Notes under the pieces: generated by a model
Told to the model about the DNA's origin: nothing
What the model saw: the letters and a program-made list of their open reading frames with translations, nothing else
Database searches by the model: none
Virus record (IMG/VR): IMGVR_UViG_3300012663_000801
Span: 1-64,000 of that record
Length of the DNA: 64,000 nt
Source: a virus
Reading direction: 5' to 3' (one strand)
Position numbers and translations under genes: made by a program
Shown: one piece after another, positions 38,415-46,368 of the stretch
How the letters are laid out: every line of letters starts with the position of its first letter
How positions within the stretch are numbered: position 1 is the first letter of the stretch

Positions 38415-38630
38415 ATGAAAATCAACTGCATCGACATCGAATGGGACACAGACGGAGACGAAGAAATCCTTGCCACTCTTCCGACCGAAGTGATCGTTGA
38501 CCTCAACGAAATCGAAGGCTTTGAGGATGAAGATGTTACAGAGGAAAACTCTTCCGATATTGCGGACTATCTTTCGGACGAATACGGGTTCTGCATCTTC
38601 AGCTTCAACTATCAAACGCTCAATTCCTGA
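38415..38630 (+). CDS. highly acidic small protein (possible DNA mimic)
   Basis: IEWDTDGDEE..LP, IADYLSDEYGFC; very D/E rich. Confidence 0.7.
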   Translation: MKINCIDIEWDTDGDEEILATLPTEVIVDLNEIEGFEDEDVTEENSSDIADYLSDEYGFCIFSFNYQTLNS

Positions 38631-38669
38631 CCACCCGCTTTTAAAAACTTCAGCAAAATCGCTACCGAC

Positions 38670-38951
38670 ATGAGACTCATCACCAAGAAAATCCACCTCG
38701 CCTTCTTCGCAGGCCGCGCCCTCACCCTCGGCAACACCCGCACAGACGGCAACAGCGTCTGGCTCCACGGCAACAAGATCGTGGAGATGCGCGAGGACGG
38801 CGTTTACGCTACCCTCGCAGGCTGGAACACTCCCACGACTCGGGAGCGCGTGAACGGCATCACGGGTGCCCGGTTCAGCCAGAAAAATTTCACCCCGCAC
38901 TTGGACGGGAAGCCAATCGACGCAAACGAATGGCACAAGGTTCTAGGCTGA
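38670..38951 (+). CDS. hypothetical phage protein
   Basis: LHGNKI, GWNTPTTRERVN. Confidence 0.75.
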   Translation: MRLITKKIHLAFFAGRALTLGNTRTDGNSVWLHGNKIVEMREDGVYATLAGWNTPTTRERVNGITGARFSQKNFTPHLDGKPIDANEWHKVLG

Positions 38952-39033
38952 AGTCATGGCAAAAGTCCTCCCTCTCTGGTGGTTCGGAGAGGGAGGCATC
39001 TCTTTTAAAAACTTGAGTAAGATCCCTACCGAC

Positions 39034-39306
39034 ATGAACGACACGCTCGCTACCCTGATCCGCTCCATCCCGCTCATCACCCGTTTCGAGGAGAACGGTG
39101 TGATTCGGGAATATCCCGCTCGCTTCCACTTTGTGGAAGCAGAGGTCAACCCGGCCTTCGGACCAGTCCAAGAACACCTCGCTCTGGTGGACGAAAGCGG
39201 TGGCGACCCCGCCCTGCTCTTCGATGCTAGCACCATCAAAACCAACGGCGACTGGTTCACCTTCGAGGACTCGCTCCACGGCACGGTCGAGTTCAAGCCA
39301 GCCTAA
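39034..39306 (+). CDS. hypothetical protein
   Basis: start moved to repeat-adjacent ATG 39034. Confidence 0.65.
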   Translation: MNDTLATLIRSIPLITRFEENGVIREYPARFHFVEAEVNPAFGPVQEHLALVDESGGDPALLFDASTIKTNGDWFTFEDSLHGTVEFKPA

Positions 39307-39312
39307 CAATCC

Positions 39313-39347
39313 AGCCCCCAGTGTTCACCTGAGCACTGGGGGCTTTT
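39313..39347 (+). terminator. repeated long-stem terminator family (also 39916-39951, 40601-40636, 41691-41722, 42076-42121)
   Basis: GCCCCC(A/G)GTGTTCA...(T/C)GGGGGC with T-tract; A-T/G-C covariation. Confidence 0.8.
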
Positions 39348-39380
39348 CTCTTTTAAAAACTTCACCAAAATAGCTGCGCC

Positions 39381-39602
39381 ATGATTCCTACCACTTACTA
39401 CTGCCCGATCCGCTCGAACACTTTCGAGGTCCAAATCATTGAGGTGAAGTCCCACTGGGCATGTGCAGCTTTTGCACGCTTCCGCTGCCTGATCGGTGTG
39501 TGGAACTTCAACTGCACCTCGTTCATCGACATTGCCCAAGGCAATGGCATGACCGAGAAAGAGGCTTTCGACGCTGCCGTTAAAGACGCACAGGGAGTCT
39601 GA
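39381..39602 (+). CDS. hypothetical protein
   Basis: repeat-led ORF. Confidence 0.65.
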   Translation: MIPTTYYCPIRSNTFEVQIIEVKSHWACAAFARFRCLIGVWNFNCTSFIDIAQGNGMTEKEAFDAAVKDAQGV

Positions 39603-39641
39603 TCACCCCGCTTTTAAAAACTTCACCAAAATAGCTGCACC

Positions 39642-39908
39642 ATGACAACGCTCATTACCGGAAACACCTACCCCGTCCGCGACCAAATCAAAGCCCTCGG
39701 TGGTCGCTGGAATGCACCACGTAAGGGCTGGGAAGTCCCCAACGACAAGGCCGACGAAGCCCGCGCCATCGTGGCGGATGCACCCGTCAACTACCGCTCG
39801 CGCTCCCGCTACGTGTCCGACACGTTCAAGACCAGCGGCGGCACGTTCTACCGCAACCGCAACGGACGATGCGAGGATGCACCCTGCTGCGGCTGCTGCA
39901 CCTTCTGA
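39642..39908 (+). CDS. hypothetical protein with Cys-rich tail
   Basis: GNTYPVRDQIKALGGRWN; GRCEDAPCCGCC. Confidence 0.75.
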   Translation: MTTLITGNTYPVRDQIKALGGRWNAPRKGWEVPNDKADEARAIVADAPVNYRSRSRYVSDTFKTSGGTFYRNRNGRCEDAPCCGCCTF

Positions 39909-40245
39909 TTCAATCGCCCCCAGTGTTCACCTGAGCACTGGGGGCTTTTTTCATTTAAAAACTTCGACAAAATAGCTGCGCCATGAAGCCCACCCTACAC
40001 GAAACCCACAAAGGAGGTGCCCAATGATTCGCGCCTTCGATTCAAGGGGTCGCGAAGTGTTCCTGCGTCCGGGTCGAATCCTTCCAGAGGGAACGATCAC
40101 CCAGCGCGGGAATGATTTCCAGACTCTGGAAACTCCGGTGGTTTACCGGAAAAGTCGAGTCTGGAACACGCTGACCCAATCGTGGGACGAATCGGAAGAT
40201 CTGATCCCAATTGAGAAATAAAAACTTGAGTAAGATCCTGCTGCC

Positions 40246-40593
40246 ATGAGCACCACCACCACCATCGTCACCAAGCAGTCCCTCCTCGAAATGCTCACCG
40301 CCTCCCGCGAGCGTCAAGCTCAGGTTGTCGGTCGCGCCCTCGTCGCTCTCTTCCTTCGCCAGACGGAGGATGAGAAGGACGCCAACAAAACGAACCACGA
40401 CAACGATGTCGGGTTCCAGCACTCGGACGCCAAGAGGGGCAGCATCACCGCCAAGTATTTCCTGAAGCACCGCACGCTTCAGGACTGGCAGATCGAGCCT
40501 TGGCTTGCCCCACAGGGTGCCAAGGGCTATCCTCGGATTGCCAAGTATTCGCGCCAGCTGAACGAAATCGCCCTCGAAAAGCGCAAGGGCTGA
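40246..40593 (+). CDS. hypothetical phage protein
   Basis: RQTEDEK..T...NDVGF..DA, KYSRQL. Confidence 0.8.
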   Translation: MSTTTTIVTKQSLLEMLTASRERQAQVVGRALVALFLRQTEDEKDANKTNHDNDVGFQHSDAKRGSITAKYFLKHRTLQDWQIEPWLAPQGAKGYPRIAKYSRQLNEIALEKRKG

Positions 40594-40667
40594 TTCAATC
40601 GCCCCCGGTGTTCAAACGGACACCGGGGGCTTTTTTCATTTAAAAACTTCGCCAAAATACCCCTGCC

Positions 40668-41033
40668 ATGAAAACATACCAAGTTCGCTACAACGGAAAG
40701 CAGACCACAGCCCTCTGGATCGCGGAGGGCTGGATCATCGACGGTGCCCTCGTCCCTACCGGGGCAGCGGCAATCCTCAATCCCTACGTCACCCGCGCCC
40801 AGATCTGGGAGTGGTATGGCGAAGAGGAACACGTTGGTGACCCCGCCTTCGGTCGCTACAAGGCCAAGGGTGGGCAAGACTTCATCGTTCACCTGACCAC
40901 TGAGCAGGCATACGATGAGGAAGCGGTCCTCGCGAAGCTCAACGAGCGGCTGAACACGAACGGGAAATGGACCCGGTTCGAGTTCAAGGGTGAACTCGAA
41001 TACTACTTCGAGCCAACGGTGGTGGAACTGTGA
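40668..41033 (+). CDS. hypothetical protein
   Basis: repeat-led ORF. Confidence 0.7.
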   Translation: MKTYQVRYNGKQTTALWIAEGWIIDGALVPTGAAAILNPYVTRAQIWEWYGEEEHVGDPAFGRYKAKGGQDFIVHLTTEQAYDEEAVLAKLNERLNTNGKWTRFEFKGELEYYFEPTVVEL

Positions 41034-41091
41034 ATCAACAAGGGGGAAGCGCATCCTACACGCTTAAAAACTTCGCCAAAATAGCTACGCC

Positions 41092-41316
41092 ATGATCGAC
41101 CACATCACCACTGGCCCTCTCGCTGGGCACTTCACCCTCAATGGGTCCACTGACTTCGCTGGAGATGTCCTCCAGTTGTTCCGGGATGGCGTGAAAGCCA
41201 CCCCAAAAGCCCGCGTCCTGCTTTCTAAGTGGGCGAAGGAAGCCGATGCCCAAGCGGCAGCCAATGAGAAGGCATGGGACGAATTCAACGCCCATTACCC
41301 GTTTGGCGTTTATTAA
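41092..41316 (+). CDS. hypothetical protein
   Basis: repeat-bounded ORF. Confidence 0.7.
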   Translation: MIDHITTGPLAGHFTLNGSTDFAGDVLQLFRDGVKATPKARVLLSKWAKEADAQAAANEKAWDEFNAHYPFGVY

Positions 41317-41755
41317 AAACTTCGCCAAAATAGCTACGCCATGAACATCATCATCCTTGCCATCACAATCGCCTTCGTCGCCCCTGCCCTCGCCACCCGT
41401 GCGGCTGGGTCCAGCATCGTGGACTCCATCACCGCAGGGGTCGCAGGCGTCGGCATCGGCGTCCTTCTCTACACCGCTGCCGTGCTGGCAGCAGCCTTCG
41501 GGCACGTTACCGCTCTGTAAAAACTTGGGTAAACTCCTGCCATGCCTGACAACCTCACCGCCGCCGAGCTTGACGAGCTTATCGCCAAGCTCGCCCCCGT
41601 GACGCTCACCGCTTCCGCCATCGACCCCGCCCTCTTCGGACCAACAGCCCCCAGCGGGCTGCGTCTCGTCAGCGAAGCCTGATTCAATCCAGCCCCCGGT
41701 GTTCACCCAAGCACCGGGGGCTTCCTTTTAAAAACTTGGGTAAACTGTTACTACC

Positions 41756-42070
41756 ATGAACCTGATCAACCTCACGCCCCACGCCATCAACGAAGTCACA
41801 ACCGGGAGCACATTCGCTCCATCGGGCACTGTCGCCCGAGTGTCCACCAGCCTCGCCCCCCTTGGCGAGGTCAACGGAATCCCCTTGTTCTCAAGGGCTT
41901 TCGGAGAGGTCATCGGCCTCCCAGCCCCTGCCGAGGGTGTCCTGCTCATCGTCTCGGCCCTCGTGGCTGATGCCAGCCCTGACAGGCTGGATCTCGTCAG
42001 CCCCGGCGAATTGGTCAGGGATGACAAGGGCCAGCCCGTGGGCTGCAAGGGCTTTGTCCGCAAAGCCTGA
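41756..42070 (+). CDS. hypothetical phage protein
   Basis: INLTPHAI, GLPAP.EGV..IVS..VA, VRD..G..VGC. Confidence 0.8.
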   Translation: MNLINLTPHAINEVTTGSTFAPSGTVARVSTSLAPLGEVNGIPLFSRAFGEVIGLPAPAEGVLLIVSALVADASPDRLDLVSPGELVRDDKGQPVGCKGFVRKA

Positions 42071-42134
42071 CTCTCAGCCCCCGGTGTTCACCTGAACGGT
42101 GGACGCCGGGGGCTTTTTTTTGGCTTTCGTTTTT

Positions 42135-42300
42135 GTAGTTTTTAACAGAGCTTGATAAAAACTAGGGGGTCTGTTTGGATTTGCTTTAGTTTTTAAAAGG
42201 GGGTCGGGGGGTGGTGGGGGCCATGGCCAAAAATATTTATTTTATAAAATTCTTAAAATCTGCCTATTGAAAAAAATTTTTTTTTCTAAAATTCTCCCGA
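42135..42300. other. boundary element: three AAAAACTA cores in alternating orientation, G-tract, palindrome, AT-rich stretch
   Basis: 42135-42145 (-), 42155-42165 (+), 42185-42198 (-); G-tract 42199-42220; GGCCATGGCC. Confidence 0.55.
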
Positions 42301-42317
42301 TTTTCCCTATAGGGAAT

Positions 42318-43640
42318 TTATCTATTACTCATTAAATTCAATATAGCTTTTTTATGGTTTGAAGGGAGCTTGAGAAATTCCTCCACTCCCGTTGCCCATA
42401 ACTCATCATCATTTGCCATGCCATAGGAGTCTACCCACTTTACCAAATCTCTCATTTCTTCGCGATATGGGGATTTGTCATTCCCTACCAACTTGTCTTC
42501 GGATTGGGGGAAATTTTTTTGAGTTAATGTATTTTCAAAAATATTATATACAAAATTTATTATCATCATAACGATTCCATATCTATTATTATCTAATTCA
42601 TCAAATTTATTACTAACTTCCGTATAAGAATCATCATTAGCGAATATAAAATTCTCGTTATGTTTTGTTTCACTTAATAGATAATTAGAAATGGATTCAA
42701 ATTCTGATACCCAATCTTCTCCATCTTCCTTCGCCCACTTCCAATCACCCTCATCCGCTTCCACTGAACGTTTTATATTCTTTATTAATTTTTCATAAAA
42801 TAATTTTGTTAAGGCATTACTTAGATAATTGAGTTGTTTCTTATAAATTTTCATATCAACATACCAGAACTGTGATTTGGTTTGCATATCACTAATTATT
42901 TTTAATATTAATGCTCTAGTTTTGAATTTAAAATTATCTCTCCAAGAATTGATGTATGTTTTTTCATCTTCTTTCCATGGAGAATCGTCATCATTATATT
43001 TGTTTATAACGTATCCTTGGTAGATGTTTCTGACGATATACATCATTTCTCTGACCACCTCATTCCATATTGTATCACTATAATTACGACCCAATAATTT
43101 TTCTGTTTGTTCAAAACTTTTAATTTTTGTTATGTGTTTAAATGGTTCTTTTTCTCTTTCTTTTTGTGCCACGGCGAAATTTGTTTTGTATTGGTTCAAT
43201 AGAGTATTGTAGTATTCCTTTACTGCCATTTTGAATCCTTTGGAATTGTTGAACATCCATAGGTGCGCCCATTCATGGACTATAACCTTTATTAGATAAT
43301 TTGGTTTGTTAATTTGATTCAATCCAACTGTCATGTATTTCCCTTTGCGGTGTGCATAACCCCCAACTCCTCCTCCTGAAACCCAATTTACTTCCTCTGA
43401 TAAGTTTTTGATGAGAATGTTTGCATGCATGGAAGGAAAACCCATCTTGGTGATTATCTTTCTTGCTTCCGTGCAAGCGTCCGTTATTTTTTCTTTTAAT
43501 TCATTCATGCTCTCTACTTTATCCGCATCATCTTTAAAAAGATAAACAGTAAACATAGGTAACTTTGTGATGGGGATCACCTTTTTTGATTGGGAGAATT
43601 TTGCTTCTCTTATTAAAAAGTATTCTTTGAAAGATATCAT
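42318..43640 (-). CDS. zincin-like metallopeptidase domain protein
   Basis: VHEWAH plus distal YG..NDDELWA; low GC; TAAATA upstream. Confidence 0.7.
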   Translation of the reverse strand: MISFKEYFLIREAKFSQSKKVIPITKLPMFTVYLFKDDADKVESMNELKEKITDACTEARKIITKMGFPSMHANILIKNLSEEVNWVSGGGVGGYAHRKGKYMTVGLNQINKPNYLIKVIVHEWAHLWMFNNSKGFKMAVKEYYNTLLNQYKTNFAVAQKEREKEPFKHITKIKSFEQTEKLLGRNYSDTIWNEVVREMMYIVRNIYQGYVINKYNDDDSPWKEDEKTYINSWRDNFKFKTRALILKIISDMQTKSQFWYVDMKIYKKQLNYLSNALTKLFYEKLIKNIKRSVEADEGDWKWAKEDGEDWVSEFESISNYLLSETKHNENFIFANDDSYTEVSNKFDELDNNRYGIVMMIINFVYNIFENTLTQKNFPQSEDKLVGNDKSPYREEMRDLVKWVDSYGMANDDELWATGVEEFLKLPSNHKKAILNLMSNR

Positions 43641-43982
43641 TCTATTATTTAATTTTTTTTCCCAATTCTCCCGATTCGACCGTATAAAAACTACGGTATA
43701 ATCCTGACATGAATAAAGACAAACTGCTCATCGCTGTAATTATTGCATCTGCCATCATTCCCATCATGTATTTCCTGACGCAGTTATCGCCTCTTGAAAC
43801 TCGCCAATACAATGGTAAGAATTCTTGCAAATGTGGTTGCCACTGTGACGGATAAAAACTACAGTATAATGATGGCAGATCACGACGGCAACAAACCGAA
43901 CACGATCTTCGAAATTTAAAAAATAAAAAAGTTCTTAATGATGTTGACAAATGAAAATCTCATGATTAAATACTAACTCAAT

Positions 43983-44059
43983 CGCGGGTTAGACAGGAGG
44001 TGGTTCCTGCCGGGTTTCATAAGCCTAGTACGTCGGTTCGACTCCGACACCCGCTACCA
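43983..44059 (+). tRNA. tRNA-Met(CAU), initiator-like
   Basis: CGCGGG start with 1:72 mismatch, loop TTCATAA, CCA. Confidence 0.75.
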
Positions 44060-44060
44060 A

Positions 44061-44135
44061 GCGTTCTTGATGTAATGGTTAACATGCCCTCCTTCCAAGT
44101 GGGTTACGAGAGTTCGAGTCTCTCAGAGCGCACCA
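44061..44135 (+). tRNA. tRNA-Gly(UCC)
   Basis: loop CTTCCAA, CCA. Confidence 0.9.
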
Positions 44136-44150
44136 TTTTAAATCAATCGA

Positions 44151-44414
44151 ATGAGAATAACATATAAAGAAACAACAGAGTCCTTTTCACCTATTCCTCT
44201 TGTTTCCATCTTTTATGGAATATTTTATAAAGATGGTGTTGAATTTGTTCGTATTAAGGATTCATTTGTATACGGTTTTAAAATGTATTATAAAAATGAT
44301 GATGATATGAAAACTGAAATGAAAAGGGTTTTGTTTCATGCATTGAATGATCCTTCTTTGGAGGATGAATTTTGGAAAGTGTTCGAAGAAAGGTTCTTAA
44401 AAACTAGACTATAA
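44151..44414 (+). CDS. hypothetical protein
   Basis: ORF between tRNAs. Confidence 0.55.
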   Translation: MRITYKETTESFSPIPLVSIFYGIFYKDGVEFVRIKDSFVYGFKMYYKNDDDMKTEMKRVLFHALNDPSLEDEFWKVFEERFLKTRL

Positions 44415-44482
44415 TGAGGGCATGTAAAAAATTGAAGAAAATTCTTGAAAAAAGTTTTGATATTGCTAAGTATTACTACAGC

Positions 44483-44603
44483 ATGAAATACCAGCAATAT
44501 AATCAAAACAAACCAGCGACACCGATTGGGTGGCGGCGTGGATGATTCTATTGTAAATCATATTGAATCTTGCGCCCCATCTCTTCCAAAGATGGGGTTT
44601 TTT
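44483..44603 (+). promoter_or_regulatory. leader peptide (44483-44545) plus terminator (44575-44603), attenuator-like
   Basis: MKYQQYNQNKPATPIGWRRG*; CCCCATCT/AGATGGGG then T6. Confidence 0.5.
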
Positions 44604-44681
44604 ATTTTAGGGGTGAACGAAGCGACCTGAACAGCTAGAGAGTGGTGAAAGACTAATAGAGAATACGGTAATATATTTTTT

Positions 44682-44756
44682 GGGTTCATAATTCAATGGT
44701 AGAATAACTCACTTTTAATGAGTAAGCTGAAGGTTCGAGTCCTTCTGGACCCACCA
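44682..44756 (+). tRNA. tRNA-Lys(UUU)
   Basis: loop CTTTTAA, CCA. Confidence 0.9.
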
Positions 44757-44769
44757 TATTTTTTTTAAT

Positions 44770-44845
44770 GCTCCTGTCGTCTAAAGGTTAGGACAAAGGA
44801 TTTTCAATCCTTAGATCGTGGGTTCAAGTCCCCGTGGGAGCACCA
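44770..44845 (+). tRNA. tRNA-Glu(UUC)
   Basis: loop TTTTCAA, CCA. Confidence 0.9.
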
Positions 44846-44855
44846 TTTTTTAAAT

Positions 44856-44942
44856 GCGTTAGCGGCGAAGTAGGTGAGTCGCGGCGGTCTGTAAAACCGC
44901 AGCCTTCGGGCTAAGTAGGTTCGAACCCTACCTGACGCACCA
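44856..44942 (+). tRNA. tRNA-Tyr(GUA)
   Basis: loop CTGTAAA, long variable arm, CCA. Confidence 0.9.
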
Positions 44943-44945
44943 TAT

Positions 44946-45021
44946 CTTGGCGTAGCGCAATTGGTAGCGCGGGTAGTTTGGGACTATCAGGTTGTAGGTT
45001 CGAGTCCTACCGTCGAGACCA
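44946..45021 (+). tRNA. tRNA-Pro(UGG)
   Basis: loop TTTGGGA, CCA. Confidence 0.9.
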
Positions 45022-45031
45022 TTTTTTTCAT

Positions 45032-45108
45032 GGGCCATTAGTTCAGCTGGTAGAACGTCTGATTTGCATTCAGAATGTCATGAGTTCGAGTCTCATATGT
45101 GTCCACCA
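45032..45108 (+). tRNA. tRNA-Ala(UGC)
   Basis: loop TTTGCAT, G3:U70, one extra base in acceptor stem. Confidence 0.8.
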
Positions 45109-45112
45109 TAAT

Positions 45113-45186
45113 TGGGGGTTGGTGTAATGGTAGCACCGCAGATTTTGATTCTGTTAGCGAGGGTTCGACTCCCTCATCCCCTGCCA
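45113..45186 (+). tRNA. tRNA-Gln(UUG)
   Basis: loop TTTTGAT, CCA. Confidence 0.9.
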
Positions 45187-45195
45187 ATTTTCAAA

Positions 45196-45271
45196 TCCCA
45201 AGTAGCACAGCGGTAGTTGCGTTCGACTGTTAATCGAAATGTCGGTGGTTCGATCCCACCCTTGGGAGCCA
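45196..45271 (+). tRNA. tRNA-Asn(GUU)
   Basis: loop CTGTTAA, CCA. Confidence 0.9.
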
Positions 45272-45279
45272 GATATAAA

Positions 45280-45353
45280 GGCCCGGTAGTTAAATGGTAG
45301 AACAGTAGATTTGTAACCTTCAGACGAGAGTTCGATTCTCTCTCGGGCCTCCA
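45280..45353 (+). tRNA. tRNA-Thr(UGU), weak anticodon stem
   Basis: loop TTTGTAA, CCA; two anticodon-stem mismatches. Confidence 0.65.
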
Positions 45354-45363
45354 TTATTCATAT

Positions 45364-45440
45364 CCTCCTATAGCTCAGTTGGTTAGAGCACTCGTTTGAT
45401 AAATGAGAGGTCGTTAGTTCAAGTCTAACTGGGAGGACCA
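45364..45440 (+). tRNA. tRNA-Ile(GAU)
   Basis: loop TTGATAA, CCA. Confidence 0.9.
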
Positions 45441-45443
45441 CTT

Positions 45444-45770
45444 ATGACACTAAATGAATACGAACAATTCGCACTCTCCACAGCAATATACGGAGAGGGC
45501 CAAAAAATAACATATCCAACTCTGGGACTTGCTGGTGAATCTGGGGAAGTTGCAGATAAAGTTAAGAAGGTTTTGAGGGATTATGATGGTGTTTTCACCG
45601 ATGAACTCAAGCTTAATATTGCCAAAGAGATTGGTGATGTCCTCTGGTATATCACGGCATTGTCAAGAGACTTGGGTTTCTCGCTAGAGGAAGTGGCCAA
45701 GATGAATGTTGATAAATTGGAATCCAGAAGACAACGAAATGTGATTTCTGGTTCCGGTGATGATCGATAA
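45444..45770 (+). CDS. mazG: MazG-like NTP pyrophosphohydrolase
   Basis: LGLAGESGEVADKVKK, KEIGDVLWY, GSGDDR. Confidence 0.85.
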   Translation: MTLNEYEQFALSTAIYGEGQKITYPTLGLAGESGEVADKVKKVLRDYDGVFTDELKLNIAKEIGDVLWYITALSRDLGFSLEEVAKMNVDKLESRRQRNVISGSGDDR

Positions 45771-45772
45771 AT

Positions 45773-45866
45773 GGATCGGTATGATCGGGCTGGGCTGATG
45801 ATTACGCACCGAAGTGTAATAGCTTGTAAAAGTCTTAGGGAAGTTCGAATCTTCCGCCATCCGCCA
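45773..45866 (+). ncRNA. atypical tRNA-Ser-like element
   Basis: T arm GGAAG-TTCGAAT-CTTCC, 3' CCATCCGCCA, extended anticodon-like stem, non-canonical D arm. Confidence 0.5.
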
Positions 45867-45886
45867 ATTTTATATTAAATAATACC

Positions 45887-46360
45887 ATGAGAACCTTTTT
45901 AGAATCTTTCTATGATATTCAGGAATTGAAACCAAATTCCAAATTGAAAGATATCATCAAACATCCTTATCTTAAAGTCTTTCGTTCTTCGGCTCGTCCC
46001 AATAAGAATGATTATGTATCGGGTTCTCATGCTGGGACGAAACAACAAGCTTTGATTCGGGCCGATTATATGATAAATGATGAAGGTAGATACGATACCT
46101 ATTATTTGTATGAATTGATTATTCGTATTGAAAATGTGTATCCCGAATTATTACCCGATGATGGGACTGATCATGGATACGGATTTGTCAAGGATTTGAA
46201 TAATTATGATGTCGCCTTTTACAAAAATACGGGAGAAGGTGATATCAGAAACGAGAATCTTTCAATTATCATTATCAATCCTGATAGTGTCTTCGAATCC
46301 AAGATGGTTGAAGAGATCGATGGGGAATATTTGACCGCTATTCAGGATGAATTATACTAA
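45887..46360 (+). CDS. hypothetical protein (possible ADP-ribosyltransferase-like fold)
   Basis: HAGTKQQA..RA, YKNTGEG..SIII; TAAATA upstream. Confidence 0.55.
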   Translation: MRTFLESFYDIQELKPNSKLKDIIKHPYLKVFRSSARPNKNDYVSGSHAGTKQQALIRADYMINDEGRYDTYYLYELIIRIENVYPELLPDDGTDHGYGFVKDLNNYDVAFYKNTGEGDIRNENLSIIIINPDSVFESKMVEEIDGEYLTAIQDELY

Positions 46361-46368
46361 ATAATGGA

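Larger units (their letters stand above)
1322..44416 (+). promoter_or_regulatory. dispersed promoter-like repeat TAAAAACT[A/T]-N3-(T/C)ANNAT-N5-9-ATG, about 70 copies, densest 22-42 kb
   Basis: e.g. 1322, 3754, 7346, 11435, 19516, 23571, 33838, 35592, 40640, 41728; no Shine-Dalgarno before ATG. Confidence 0.85.

Noticed and set aside
38391-42063. Long minus-strand ORFs in the GC-rich zone
   Set aside because: Shadows of repeat-led + strand genes; high GC reduces stop frequency
16388-42121. CRISPR array
   Set aside because: Intervals are whole genes of variable length, repeats are degenerate, and there are no cas genes
45154-45354. 66-aa minus-strand ORF
   Set aside because: Antisense to the tRNA-Gln, Asn and Thr genes
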